Assembly: GCA_965649825.1 (NCBI GenBank)
Contig: OZ287694.1
Span: forward strand, 805,197 to 869,196
Source: Penicillus capitatus
Lineage: Eukaryota > Plantae > Chlorophyta
DNA: 64,000 bases
Reading direction: 5' to 3'
The notes below the pieces were generated by a model. The model was not told the DNA's origin. It ran no database searches and worked only from the letters and a program-made list of their open reading frames with translations. Position numbers and translations under genes: made by a program. Below, one piece after another: positions 47,812 to 61,971 of the stretch (within the stretch, counting starts at the first letter, position 1; the number at the start of each line of letters is the position of its first letter).

Positions 47812-49233
47812 GTCAGCGACGAACGAGAGCCAAGGAAAGGCGTCCCCCGAAATCTCAGAGGGATCTCTGAAAAGACAGCATCTGTTCGGATCGCCAGCGA
47901 AGCCACTTCGCCCGAAGCTTTTGAACCCGCAGTTGGAGAGAAGAATGTCTCGAGTCGCAGCATTCTTGTCGTCGGAGGAACGGGAACGCATGAGCGTCGG
48001 GTCTCCGCATCTCTCGACCCCACAACACCAAACAGCGTTACTCGTTCGTAGGTCGTGCGCAAGCCGTTGGATGGTGGGTACGACGTTCGCTGCATCGTCC
48101 TAGTACGGCAGAATCCAGCAGACTTCATGCGGGACTGGGGTGCCACGACGGTTTTGGTGAGGCACTCGTATGGGGAGGCCCTCCTTTGTGCTAAATACGG
48201 ATCGGTGTTTCTCGCAGGCCGATCTGACGAACCCCGCATCGCTACCTGCTGCAATGGTCGGAATTCATACCGTCATCGACTGCGCAACGGCACGGCCAGA
48301 AGAATCGGCGCAGAAGCTCGATTGGGAGGGCAAAGTTGCTCTCATTCAATGCGCCCAAGTGTGACCAATGCAGAGGTCACACACCTTTCTTCACACACCT
48401 CTCCTGACGCAGGCGGTGGGGATTCAGCGATACATCTTCTTCTCCATCTTTAACTGCGACAAGCATCCAGAGGTCCCACTGATGAACATCAAGACCTGCA
48501 CCGAGGAGTTCCTGGCAGAGAGTGGAATGAACTACACCATCTTCCGGTTGTGTGGATTCATGCAGGTTGGCCGGTCGTGTGCACACAAGGCAGCGATTGG
48601 GTGTTGACTTTATGCAGGCTATCATCGGAAACTACGCGGTTCCCATTATGGAAGAGACTCAGGTGTGGAGCACAGACGACGATACGCGCACGTCGTGCCT
48701 CGACAGTCAAGACATCGCTCGTATGACGATGGCCGCTCTCCGCTACAGAGAGACATTTGGTAAGGGAAACGATGCCGGTCGATCCTTCTGATCCGTCATC
48801 GGCTGCTGCTCCAGGCAAGACGTTGACGTTGGCAGGGCCGAAGGCTTACACGACAGACGAGATCATCGAGATGTCCGAGAAGAGAGCGAATGCCACAGCG
48901 AAGGTTACAAAGGTCGGATGTCCATCACGGTGAAGACAAGAGACCGTCATGACAGGAGCACTCGTAGGTGCCTGTGGGCGTCCCGAAGGCAACACGGTCG
49001 TTTCTCCGCGGTCTTCAGTGGGCCAAAGACGCTGCCGATCGATTAGCCTTTGCCGAAGTGCTCTCTTCGAACGAAGTCTTAGCGCTGAGATGGAAGAGAC
49101 CATGAAGCTGCTACGAATCGACCCGGCCTCCTTTACCACGGTTGAATCCTACTTGGACGAATATTTCAAACGCATCCTATCGAAATTGAAAGAGGTGGCC
49201 GCCACAAGCAAGCAAACAGATTTCTACATATAA
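47812..49233 (+). CDS. HCF244: HCF244/Ycf39-like atypical SDR (PSII assembly factor); 5' end unresolved, possibly degenerate
   Basis: DFMRDWGA, GIHTVIDCATARPEE, DWEGKVALIQCA, CDKHPEVPLMNIK, RLCGFMQ, DRLAFAEVL and C-terminus SKQTDFYI*. The Rossmann motif reads GGTGTHERR. Confidence 0.85.
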
Positions 49234-49257
49234 CCCAGACATGTTGAAAAGATCGAT

Positions 49258-49330
49258 TGCTCGTGTCCGGGATTGAACCGGAGACCTTCTGCGTGTAAAG
49301 CAGACGTGATAACCACTACACCACACGAAC
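49258..49330 (-). tRNA. trnV: tRNA-Val(UAC)
   Basis: rc GTTCGTGTGGTGTAGTGGTTATCACG-TCTGC-TTTACAC-GCAGA-AGGTC-TCCGGTTCAATCCCGGA-CACGAGCA forms a full cloverleaf. Confidence 0.95.
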
Positions 49331-49383
49331 GTACGAACAAACGCATGAAGCGCGCTACATCGTTTCTTGTAGAAAGACGTGTT

Positions 49384-50760
49384 TTATGAAGACCTAGGAT
49401 TGTTGGGTTTGTGCTGATCGTGAAAATGATCGAAGGGCAAGACATTAGATCCATAGGCAAAGCCACCACATGGCATGATGCGTCGAACGTGCGCATAATC
49501 GTGTTGAATACCGTAGATACTCTCTCGGACCTTCCGACAAAAATCTTCGAGTGGAAGACGCAGCGACGGATTTTCAAGGCTCTCCACATTCTCCAGTGCA
49601 CCATGGAGGAGAAACGCAAAGAGTGTTGTCAAAGGAACGGACCACAAGGCCACCGATAGCATCGACATCCAAGGAAATGTTGATATCCATGCCATCAGTG
49701 CTTGTTCCGTCAGACTGCCACATAATAGCGCATTCTCTCTCTACTCAATGGCCCAGGCAGGCGTTACCTGGAGAGGAGGGGATCATAGGGTGATGGTGCA
49801 GAGTAACATTCGAGGACAGCAATCCCATGGGACATACGGTCAAGGATGGCCGTCATGTTCGATGCCACGTACACATCGACACATTGCTTAGAGACGATAT
49901 CCGTTAGGACTTGTAACGCAAAGGTTATGCGGTTCTTGCATTCGACCTAGAGATATCGTGGCATTCGGAGGCATCGATCAAAGGGATCGTACGATGGCGA
50001 AGAACTCTGTAGGCGTGAGCATGCTGCATAGCTCGTCATGGACGACTTCCGTCGTTGTCAGCGATCCACGCAGGGCATGTGCCAGTACAAGGAGCCATTT
50101 TCCGAAACGCCGCTGCTCGAGTGTCGTCGTCAGACCTGTCATTGCCTAGAAACTGTCTAAACAGGGGCATCTCTGCTACAGCGTGTCACTACCAGTCGCA
50201 TGAGATCGTTCGTATGGGCCAGCAATACATGGAGCGTTGTCTCGGCTTGTCGACGCCGGGCATGCGATATATGATAACGTGTGAGAATCAAGGCTCCGAC
50301 GCCGAACGTCGCAGACGCCGGCCATGCAATAGGACACACAGGGAGACGCAGACTGCCTTTGGAGAGATATCTCACAAACGCCACCACACCGCACATTCCT
50401 GCGTCAATACCAAATCCCTCATCGGCACAAAATCGCGCGAAAAATGGACCTGCAGCGCAAGACATTGACTGCACGGCTTTCCAGAAAGCAGCCTGCGTTA
50501 CCACCTGCCTGAGAACAGAAGATCAGGCCATGCCCACCTGCACGACTGCTTGTTCACTTTGGCAGTCGTCCAACGAGTATGTCTTGCCGTTCTGCCCTTT
50601 TGCGACGAATCACATCCGCAATCTACTTCGCGCCATGACGCGGAGCCACCCTTGCAGTCAGTCTTACGCGTAGGCGGCTTGGCTGTTTTCTAGGATACTG
50701 CCCCGCGAGATTCTGCGTTGTCATCCTTGGCCGTGTCAGGTGGCGTTCTCTGTCACCATG
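49384..50760 (-). CDS. Hypothetical spliced protein with hydrophobic segments
   Basis: Protein-like ORFs 49384-49695 and 50157-50504. No family recognised; ends are guesses. Confidence 0.3.
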
Positions 50761-51032
50761 CAACGGATATGACATGAGCCGTTTGACATGCCGCTCGTGA
50801 CGTCGCTCAAAAGGCATTCCTTTTGGCGGCCGCGTTGCATGCCTTCGCCATACGTCTCCTCGACACCTTCTCCATTCTTCGCATCGACCCACATGCATCA
50901 CTCAACACAGCTAAGCAGCGATAAGACGCGTCAAAGATGTCCGTTCCAAGCGTCGTCGACATTAATGTACATCCTATCCATCCACGGGTGTCGTTGTTCA
51001 TTCCTTCGGCCATTTTGCGATTGGTTTGAATC

Positions 51033-53480
51033 ATGCTGAACCCTACGAAACGTCTGATAGCGCCGCGCAAGCAACAGCCGCAGGCCAACCGTCCGCCTCG
51101 TCCACCATTTTGGCTCCAAGCCCGCCGTATTGTTCTGCACGGAATCCGCACGGCGCGGCGACGTTTTGAGCACTTACATGCGCGCGGCTGCTTGGTGGTG
51201 CAGCAGTGTGTCGAAACGGTGTTGCCTCCTGATCTCTTGGCGCCATCCGTGATCCTGCGACTGACGGATCGCCCCTGTTGCAGCGTCTCGAATGCCATGG
51301 GCTCGCTCTTCGCCTCTCGCGGTATCCTCCCAAAGGCAGACAAATCCGAAGAGAAAGAGAAAAAGGAAGAAAAATTTTTCATCAGTGATGTCCTCGTGGT
51401 CGGTGTGGAAGGAGAGCTTAAACAAGTGGCGCACTCCGTTTTGACTGTTTTCCCCAACTTTAGCTACACATTGACAGAGATCAACAACGACATGCGCAAA
51501 GTATTAGACACGGGATACTTTAAGGGTATTGCCGCATTCTCTGCTTTCTTCAATTCTGAGGTCTGGTCGATACGAAGGTTGCTGGCCAAGGCCAGAAGTG
51601 ACGAGAGATGGCATCGTCCTGTACGTCGATGTGGAGCCCAATCCCGAAATCCGAGGCATTGTGTCGAAAGGAGCCAGTGCTTTGCCGCCCTCTGTTTTTG
51701 AAGACGCTGTGAAGAATCTTCTGGGGAAGACGTTCAATTACAACGACTTTAGTGAAGCCATGCGTCAAGTTAATGACTGGTATTCAAAAGAAGGCGTCGT
51801 CGGGGAGGTCACTCTTTTTAACGTCCGTATGATAGCTATGAGAAGAGTGAGATTTAGGTGATTGATGCCAACTTTGATGAGCCCAACATTCCAGTGCTCA
51901 CCATATCGGAACCGATCATCAATCGCATCGATCTGCGGTACTTTGATGCCAGGACAGGCGAAGCCAAGGAGGAGGGCAACGTCAAAACCGATGTCATTAT
52001 GCGACACGTGAGTACGAAGGTTGGCGGCGCCATGAACACCACAACGGCGCAACGGGATGTTGAAGCCATTTTTGCAACGGGACTCTTCGCCGACGTCAAA
52101 ATCCTCATCAATCGCGATCCTGACCACGCCTACGAACCTGGCCGCGAATTGGAGACACCAAGAATAAACTTCCTCATCGATCTGTACGAAAACCCGAGGA
52201 CGGGTGGGTTGGGTATCGGTGCTGGATGGTCAGCACAGTCCCTGACAGAAGGCAGCCTCCCAGGTCTGACACGAGATCGTTAAGAACGTTCCATAACGGG
52301 TGGTCGTGGAGGCAGGGTTCGTGGGAAACGTCGAGTATATAGAAAAGAACATGTTTGGCTTGGGACAGAAACTGATATCGCGAATGGAATTTGGTCAAGT
52401 TGACAAACTCTTCAAGGTTAAGCCACAGGAGACGTCATCCTCTGAAGGCGTGCTCATGCTGTGATGTCAGGTGGAATACGATGAGCCTTGGATGCTGGGG
52501 GATAAACATCAGACACAGCGGACGTTCAGTGTGATGAATACGCGAACATCTGGCAATCCGTTCTACGCATCTGCAGCAGGAGCAACAGGCGTCGAGCGTT
52601 TTAAGACGGTCATTGGACGTCTCTTGGGAACGATCACCATGCAACGTTCCGTAACAGATCGCCTGAGAGCGACACTCGGTCTCACGGCACAGCGCATTAC
52701 GTTGATGGATAATAACTCCCGTGCCATTCGGCAAGATTTTACGCGTTCTCCGGTCAATGTCAGTGGCGATTTTCATGACCTCATGTTCGGTCCCTTCGTC
52801 AAAGTCTGCAGACTTCTGCCGCTCTGCAGATGAGAGACGGGGCGATTTAGGTTGCTTGTACTGGATGGGCGAATACGAACTTTGTGTTCACCGTCGATAA
52901 GGCCATTCCCGTTCGGCGTGACTGGCTCAGCATTACTAAATGCACCGCCAGGGCTGAGAAGGTGTTTCGGTTGGGTCCCACTTCACTTGTCATCTATGCT
53001 AAGGGCGGTGCCACGGTCGGAAAGGTATGGGCAGTCCATACCTGCCCATCTTTTCTTTCAGCGGGGATGCAGTAGGTGCCACCTTATGAAGCCTTTCCTC
53101 TTGGAGGCATCAACTCCATCCGAGGCTACCGAGAAGGGAGCGTCGGGACGTCCTGTCATTTTGTTGAAGGAACAACCGAGCTACGTGTCCCGCTCGTCTC
53201 GAATCTTCAAGGAACCGTTTTTGTCGACGCTGGATCCGATCTAAACACAGGAACGGGCGTCGTCGGCAATCCTGTATACCGCAACGCATCATCACGACGC
53301 CTGATGTGACGTGATCTCGGTGTGTGTATCTAGGGCCGCACAATGAACAAACCTGGGCGTGGAATGGGCATTGGATTCGGTGTCCGTGTGGATTCGCCTG
53401 TGGGGCCATTGCGGCTGGAATGGGCATGGAACGATCAGAGATCACGATTATTTCACGCAGGATTCGGAGATCATCGATAG
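51033..53480 (+). CDS. OEP80: OEP80/Toc75-V (Omp85/BamA family) chloroplast outer envelope protein
   Basis: POTRA-like segments, [43 protein letters not shown]; TAG at 53478-53480. Start uncertain (may lie ~50790). Confidence 0.9.
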
Positions 53481-53794
53481 AATCCTCAACACGCTACGGC
53501 ATCCGACAACAACGAAATCCCTTATAATAAACACGGTGTTATACAGGGTGGCGATGTGTGATGCGTGGGCGCGTTACTGTCATGTCATGTCATCGAAACG
53601 TCACATCACGTTTTGACGCGTCGTTCGTTCAACGCGACATTATATATCGACCGACGGACCGGTCCCGTCGTTGACATGACGTCCAGGCTCTCTCCCGACG
53701 CCGCCCATTCGACTGTGTCCCGCCATTGTCGTCCAAGGTCCCACCCACACTCTCCTAGAAACGCGGCGACGCGTCGTAAACACTTGTTTGCAGA

Positions 53795-56700
53795 ATGTAC
53801 TACTGCCGTGCCCTGAAAGGCGGTCCTTCCGGAACCCGTCGTCTCATCCCATGTCATAGCCTTCTGCGTCGACCCGTTGTCTCACCGAGTGTTCGTGCGC
53901 ACTGGATTTCGCCACAGTCCCGAGTCAAGACACGATTCTTTGGAAATCTCACCATCTGTCGCCCAGCGGTGACTCCCTTACGTCGACGATGCGTATTGAC
54001 GGTTCAGGCACTCTTTGAGAAATTCACGGAACCGGCGCTTCGTAGCGTCGTTGCCGCTCAGAAAGAGGCACAGCGTTTGAATTCTACCGAAGTGTGTGTG
54101 ACACGCACGTCTCTTGACAGTCAGTGAGTGACGAGGTCATTTCACCATAGGTCGAATGTTATCATCTGATGTTGGGCTTGATTTCGGCGGATAATAGCTT
54201 CAACGGATTTCTCGAGACAGGTGTGACGGTTGACCGTGCTCGCACCGCAGCCGAGATGCTATTGCATCGCACACCGACGAAGGAAGAGCCGTCCGAGAGC
54301 ATCCCTTTCAACAGAGACACCAACACTGTCATGAAATCTGCCCTCCAAGTGTGACATCTAGACAGCATAGACACGGCACAACAAGTGTAACCGTCGGTAC
54401 AGTTGGCGCAAGAGATGGATGTTCCGTACGTTCTGAGAGAGCACCTGCTCATCGCCCTCATGCGACAGGATGATCTCACAGTCAACAAACTCTTGGCCAG
54501 GTAAGAAGGATGGTATGGATGATGGACGATGTGGGATGCTGCTGTGTAGTTTGAATTTGAGTGCAGAGTCCATTCTGACGATTGCGAAGCGTCGAATTCA
54601 GGTGGAGTTGGGAATGGAGGGTCGTTCCCTTCCGGAACCGGCCACACAGACGAAGCCCACAATGCAGACGAAGCAGCTGAAATCTGTGGTCTACAAATTC
54701 AACACGGGCAAATCTCCGACGCCCACGTTGGATTCTTTGTCCAAAGATCTCTGTTTCATGGCCGCCAGGGGAGAGATCGACCCGATGATCGGCCGCCAGA
54801 CAGAACTGAAAAGAATCATACAAATTCTGGCACGAAAGAGCAAGAACAATCCAATTCTTTTGGGAGAAGCAGGCGTTGGCAAGACAGCCGTTGCCGAAGG
54901 ATTGGCCCATTGCATCGTCTCCGAAACGGGGCCAGACGGCGAACCTCTTCCAGCTTTTCTCAAAGGCAGACGCGTGATGCAGCTCGACTATGCTCTGCTC
55001 ATTGCGGGTGCCAAGGAACGGGGAGAGTTGGAGAAACGCGTGACGAAGGTCATCGCAGAGGTCAAGTCTTCTGGCGACGTGATTCTCATGATCGATGAGA
55101 TCCACACGATGATCAGCTCGGGATCCATTTCGTCCAGATCTGGTGAAGGATCTGGAGGACTGGATGTGGCCAATATCCTCAAACCGGCTCTGGCACGAGG
55201 AGAGCTGCAGTGCATCGGTGCCACGACGCTGATGGAGCATCGCAAATACATCGAAGCCGATGAAGCATTGGCCCGTCGCTTTCAGCCAGTCATGATCCAT
55301 GAACCGACAACGGAAGAAGCTGTCACTGTTTTGAAGGGATTGCAAGAGCACTATGAGCAGCATCACAAATGCATCTACACAGAAGCGGCAGTGGAAGCTG
55401 CGGTGAAGCTATCGCATCGTTATATTCATGATCGATTCTTGCCGGACAAGGCGATCGATGTCATGGACGAGGCAGGAAGCCTAGCAAACATCCAGAGCTT
55501 CTTTGCCAAACAGAAAAATCCTTCTCCAGTAGATTCCGAGGCGACCTTCATGTGGAAGGAACTGGAAGATGTTCTCACGGCCAAGGCAGAACACATTCGC
55601 GATGGCCTCTACGAAGAGGCAGAGCTCCTGCGCGATCGTGAGAACGTCTTAAAAGCGAAACTGTGCGGTCCATCGGCCCACGGTCCAGCGATCCCTATCG
55701 TGGACATTGGCGAAATCGAACACGTGATTTCGGCGTGGACCGGTATACCGACGCAGCACCTGACGAGTGTGGAGAAGCACAAAGTGGTGACGTTGGATAC
55801 GAAACTCGCTGAAGAGATCATTGGCCAGCGACGTGCGATCTCCGCCGTCTGTCGTGCCATGTGCCGTGCGATGAGCTGCATTCGTGATCCGACCCGTCCC
55901 ATCGCATCCTTCCTCTTCTGTGGGCCAACAGGAGTGGGCAAGACAGAGCTGACCAAGGTCTTGGGCGATCATTGCTTTGGCAGTCGAGATGCCATCGTCC
56001 GTCTGGACATGAGCGAATACATGGAGCGTCATAACATCAGCAAGCTCATTGGTGCCCCTCCTGGCTACGTGGGTTACGGAGAGGGAGGCAAACTGACGGA
56101 ACCGGTCCGACGCAATCCGCACTGTCTGGTTCTGTTGGACGAGATCGAGAAAGCGCATCCGGATGTGTTCAATATGTTGCTGCAGATTCTGGAAGATGGT
56201 CGTCTGACAGATTCGGAAGGCAGAACCGTTTCGTTTGAGAACACAATGATCATCATGACATCCAACATCGGCTCCAGTATCATCTCTGAAGGCGGCGCAC
56301 ATCAGATCGGCTTTTCTTTCGATGAGAATAAAGAAACGGCGAGTTACGATCGCATGGTGTCCTTGGTCCACGAAGAAATGAAGAATCATTTTCGTCCAGA
56401 GCTCATCAATCGTATCGACGAAGTGGTCGTGTTCGAAAATTTGGGGCTCTCTGAGTGTCATGAGATTGCCAATATTCTGCTCAATGAAGTGGCACGACAG
56501 TTACTGGAGCTGCATGGAATTCATTTGCACATTACGTTAGCACTGAAAGAGTCCATCGTGAAACATGGCTATGATCGCAGTTACGGGGCACGGCCATTGA
56601 GACGCGAGATTACGCGCGTCGTGGATGACACCTTGTCGGACGCCATCTTAGCCAACAAGTATCGCTTCTCACTCTTTTGCATTCGTATCTCACTCTTTTG

Positions 56701-56905
56701 CAGGTTACATGAAGGTCAGCACATTGTTTTGGACGTCGGATCATCTCTCGGCGAGACAGTACTGCGAGAGATTCCGGCAGATGAAGCGTGTATCGAAGTC
56801 AAAGGACGCAAGTATGGAAGTGTTGTCTTGTACAATAGCATCCCTGAAACAACACCCATCAACACGGCAGAGGACAACCCTCTGCATCAATCCGAGCCGC
56901 AATGA
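53795..56905 (+). CDS. clpD: Plastid Clp protease chaperone ClpD (Hsp100)
   Basis: Transit peptide, FEKFTEPALRS, ClpD-like GFLETGVTVDRAR, Walker A motifs GEAGVGKT and GPTGVGKT, RLDMSEYME, GAPPGYVGYGEGG. Confidence 0.9.
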
Positions 56906-57280
56906 AGTCTGCCAACCGTCGGGGATTTACTTGTTGAGTGTTTCTGTACATTAGAAGTTCCGACAGCTGTAGCTATAACCGTAAGCAAAGAGTGTTCAAT
57001 TCATCTTTTTATGACTTGGTACCGTCGTCGTTGTTGGTGATGATGTGGGTGAAGAATTTATTCATCGAATAGCACATCCATCGAAGCAAGATGGAAACGC
57101 CCAATGCACTACTGCTTTTGTGTGACAATGGTATGAGAGTTCAGAAGTGCGTGAATGAGGGATAGGATGGAAGAAACGGTTATCTCTGCATTTCCTGTAT
57201 GACGGCGACACTCTATTGTAATATTCTATGTGTGTGCATTGAGAGAAGAAGCACGTCTCACAGAACGACATCCAACGGCG

Positions 57281-60200
57281 TCATCGACCTCGGGCGCATA
57301 CATCTTTGGTGGCAGCCATCTGATCTCGGCCTGCCTCGTTTGTTGGACCAAGCCTGATGACAGCGTCCGCGCAGACGTCATCGGTAAGCGATGTGACAGG
57401 TGTGATCTCACTCTTTGCTCGACTGGCGAGTGCTGGATCAAGATGATCTTGCACTTCTTTGCACCAGAAAGTGGCATCACGCATGGTCTTGACGGCGGTG
57501 TGTTGGATTTGGAATCGAAAGGGACTGCCAGACACAGGCTGTCCATCGAGGTCCAACGACAGTGCATGCAATCCTTCTCTGTTTGCTCGATAGGTCACTC
57601 GATAACAGTCGGGCTCCCCATCCACGCCGTCGATCGTGACCATGCCGCCCGGATGGCTCTCATCATCGACGAGGCGATGCAGATAGGCCATCACAACGTG
57701 GTTCTGTGTTCGAAGCTCGCCGCCGTGGGAGAGGAACAATGGCGTGACGGTGACAGCAGAGGAGGTGTGTTCAACGGGTGTCGGATCTAAGCTGCGCGGA
57801 TTGTTCATGACATCCGCCACGCGAAGGAAGAGAGTAGCCACGCATCTCGGCGCGCTCCCCTTAAGTCCATCTCCTGTGACCATGCAGGCGGCAGCAGAAG
57901 GTGGACCAGCTGAAATCTCAACCGTCGATCGGTAGAATACCTCCTCTCGGTCATCGTGTGGTGCCCTCCAGGTGCAGGATAACGTATAGCGTCCGGCAGT
58001 TCTGGTCTGGTAACTGACGGTGTAGGTTCCGTCGTTGAGATCTGTCACTCGGCAAGAGGCTTCGGCTCGACGCTGCTCTTCGTTGAGGATAACGTTGAGG
58101 GTATCTCCACCAAAACGCCGTCGGTTGCCAAAGGCATCGCACGCGGCGATGACGAATGTCTCTTTTCTTCCCACTGTTCCGATGTGACGCGCGTTGCCTT
58201 GAACGGCGAAGCGGCCGGCGCATGGCAGCGAAGGAACGACGTGGCATTCGAAACCGACAGCATCTCTCGGCAACTCTTCGGTTTGCACCCGTCCTAAGGG
58301 CAGCCCCTCCACACGCTGACCTTTCGTACGAGTGGCATGCCTCGGTAGGTGCCTGCCGTATGTATGATATAGGAGATGAGGTATCGACCATCTCGGAGAT
58401 CGTCGATGGTCACGTTGGTATCGGGTAAGGAATCGAAAGTCACAGAAAGAACCGCGCCGCCGTGGCGAATCGCATTCCCTTCTGCATCGCTCGCCTTTGG
58501 CCCACGCATCTTCATTAAGACCGCCCGTTCGTGAGCAGAGAAAACCGAACCTGCAGCATAAAGTGGCTTCGAATGCCGGCGACAGCAAACCGTAGGCCAT
58601 AGCCAAAGAGAATGCATTTCTTGAGGTCCATCTTCCCCGACGCCACGTGAACCATTGCGTCTTCCGGCGAGACGTCTGCTCCGTCGCATTCAATCCGCCA
58701 TCTGTAATCGCCGGCGTGGCGTGTGGACCAGGAGAGCATATACGATTTGTCGTCCCATCTCTCCAGCTTTACTCTTTCGCAAGCTTCGTCATAGAGCGAC
58801 GCATCGCCGCCACTCCATTCCTCACTGCTCCGATCGACGCTTCCTTCATCGAACACCCAACCGAATGCATCGAACAGAGGACTGCATAGCACATCGCATG
58901 GGAGATGAAAGAGCATCGTGAAATCGACTTTGGCATCTCAGTGCTCGACGAAGAAACGTGATCTGGGCGGTTGGAACCGATGAGGAGATCCTCGATGTCT
59001 CTTTCGGTCACGTCCGCGACGTCACTCTTCAACCAACGTACCCTATTTGGCATCCAAGTCCACCTAACATGCCAAAACGTCTCGGTCACACTTTAAGGCC
59101 GTCTCTTCAACGAGGTTGAGCCACAGACGAAAACTTCTGTCGCTGTTGCTGCAGGGATGGTTAGCGTCGTCCAGAGGAATAAACTGAAAGGTGTTCGGCT
59201 CATTTACTGCCGTTGTATTGGACATGTAGACAATGCTGTAGCATCCGGGGCGGTGAACGGCATCGCGAATACGGACGCCGTAGGCTCTTCCACCGACAGG
59301 CATGCCTTGCATCGTCAACTGCAAACCGTACCTACATCGCCACATGATCGCGGAAACGATTCGAGCAGCCTATCTGACAGGCCAGCGATTTCCGAAGCAT
59401 AGGAGACGCTGTAGCTTCCATCCGACGGGTCGTGAACGGCGCCTTCGAAATATGTGGGTCCTGTGAAATTTGCCTGAAGCTGAACGCCGCCCGTTCGACA
59501 TTTGTTTCCGTATCGATCGGCCATGACGACTCTGAATGAGGCCGAAACGCCCCGCGCCGATTCCAACGACGGGTTCCGTAAATCCGAAACCGTTGAAGGA
59601 GATTCGAGCAAAGCACTCAATGGTTTGTGACTATCCATCCAGCTCTGTAAAGGATCCGCCGGCCCAGGAACGACGTCCGTCTGCACTGCCGTCGTTGTCA
59701 CAGGAAGAGAAGCGATGAACACTCGCATCGTGTATGGTGCAGCGTAAGAACTTTTCCAGGATATCAAGACGCTTCCTTTTTCTGCAAGGATTTTTTTCCT
59801 GGCCACTTCTCAAAGTGCGTTGCCAATCACCTGGCTCGGCTATGCGTTGCTCAATAGAAGCGTCCACTCTTCGGCGCATGTCTTCGTCAGGGGAATGCGG
59901 CCAGCTGCTGCTCACAGTCGCCAGATCGATCTCTTTCACGTGTACCTCGCATTTCACCTGCGATGACGACACCCGGCATCTGCACACAGAACGCGACGCC
60001 AGGCTATCAACCACGCGTTCGTCCGTTCACTTGTTTCCAAAGACGTCATGTGTCAGCAGTGCGAACGTGGCCCATTCTCCAGCGACGACACTGGCGTGTG
60101 CCATGCCGTCTGTTGACAGAGGAACGAGTGTACATGCGGCAGGAGAGACATCGCCGGGAGAGATATGCACACGGAGAGAGGTACATGACACACAGCGCTC

Positions 60201-61727
60201 TCTCGTATTCGCCTCCGTCTCCAACCAGACCTGTGGCGTGTAATCTCCTTCGCTGTAAATCACAAACCCACCTAAGGCCGTCTGTCCATTGCCCCGCGCC
60301 AGCAATCGGGTGCATCCCACCTTCGTATTTACCATCGCCCAGATCGTCGAAAGTGATCGAAGTGGAAGGCGTGGAATCGTCTGCCGCGATGAGGATTCCA
60401 GAAAACTGTGCGCCGCCTTTGGTCACGACGTTGCCATGGAGGTCTTTGCTTTGAATCTTGAACGACGCTTTACTCCCCGCGACTGCTTGAATCGCACACG
60501 CTCCCTCAACAAACGTCGTCGTTAAGGGTGAGATCACATCGGTCTCGACAAAGAGATGAAACGGCGATCGTTCCAGCAAGTCTCCGTTCAATTTCACCGA
60601 GACGTCATACCTACACCGCGTCCTCCTCAGCAATACTGTATGGCTTATCGTGCAACCCGTGTACACCATCCGTGCGTCATGGCCCGGTACAGAACACTAT
60701 AGGTGCCGTCAGCGTTGTCGACAACATCCTTGAGATCGACAGAGCTGGGACCCATAAAGAGCACTTCAACACTGTCGCTGCCTTTTCTTCTTCGATTCCC
60801 CTCTTGATCGCGCACCGTCACATCAAACCGAGATCTTCTTCCAGCCCTCGTTGTCCTGTCGTCCGGTCCACGAATGGTTGTGTACTTTGGCGAAGAGACA
60901 GCGCGCACGGCATCCAACTGAGAGTTCTTCTGAGACCAGACAGAGGGACGAGTGATCTCACTTTCAAAGGGAAGCCAAGTACAGGAACACGACGACAGCT
61001 CAGACTGATCCAATAAGACCCACTCGTGGCAACGGTCAGATGGATCTATCTCCGACGATCGCAGATTTAGATCTCGCGAACAGAGAGACAGCCAACGTGC
61101 GACCTTGAAGAGTTTTCTCGCAATGATCTCTTCGATTTCGGCGATGAGCTTTCCGGTCCGTGTCCGAACGGTGAGATCGAAATTCGTCAATGTCACTGTC
61201 GGCGACGGATTGATTGCGTCGAAAACGCGAATGTAGATCGCTGTCTTGACGTCTGTCAATACTGAGCGGTGCATCATCGGCTCGGCGCCACACAGAGGCG
61301 GGATCTTCGCCTTATTATCTTTCAGCACAGCCTACTTGATTTCACAAAAAACCTCTCGCCAATGCCATTGGTGACGCAAATCTCGACCGCGTTGGTCGTT
61401 CTCAGTCTCAAAAGCTTGTTCTGTGCCTTCGCTCTTTTAGAAGGATCGCGAAGGGTGGCCAGTGCACTGCAGAGGGTTTTTGAGCCTTTACGCGTTTTGA
61501 GCCTTGAGTGGCGGCGACTTGTTCGATGTTCTCTGCCAAAAGGGCCGAGTGCGTCGTTCATCGGTCGGATGACTGAGACGTTCGCAAGACTGCCAGTCAT
61601 TGTTTCGCCCTGCGGAAGACGCCTTGATTGAAGCGCTCGTGGAGATTCGACGCTCTTTACTGTCCATCCTCTCTTTACTCTTTTTCCCGTTATCGGACGG
61701 ATCAAGCACGGCGGTACGTACGTTCAT
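57281..61727 (-). CDS. Large multi-filamin (Ig-like) repeat protein (spliced)
   Basis: Repeated F.I...D..GN....GG..F.V...V.D..DG.Y.V.Y units, e.g. ACDAFGNRRRFGG..DLNDGTYTVSY, ADRYGNKCRTGG..DPSDGSYSVSY, RDQEGN..DNADGTYSVLY. 3' end approximate. Confidence 0.8.
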
Positions 61728-61971
61728 TTCTTAACTTTGAGAGCGAATTCGCACAGTACCCGTCGTAAGCGTCACTCTTTTTACGCCGAGAAAAGTGTGA
61801 TAACGTCGAGAAAAGAACGACAACAAACAAAAATGCCAAACGGCCGATACCATTGCCCAGTTCAAAACGGACCTCAAGACTTAGCTTCTGTCTCGCGACC
61901 ATAGAGAAAAGAGCTTGTGTCACGCCTCTACTCTATCGCGGTTTCCTCCTTGAAGATATCATCAGCTTTGG

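Larger units (their letters stand above)
41007..47877 (-). repeat. Segmental duplication copy B (linear donor-like arrangement)
   Basis: Reverse-complement match to 11945-19285. Lacks 795 bp present in copy A. Confidence 0.95.

Noticed and set aside
54482-56461. Long - strand ORFs (294 aa, 270 aa)
   Set aside because: Antisense shadows of the ClpD coding sequence.
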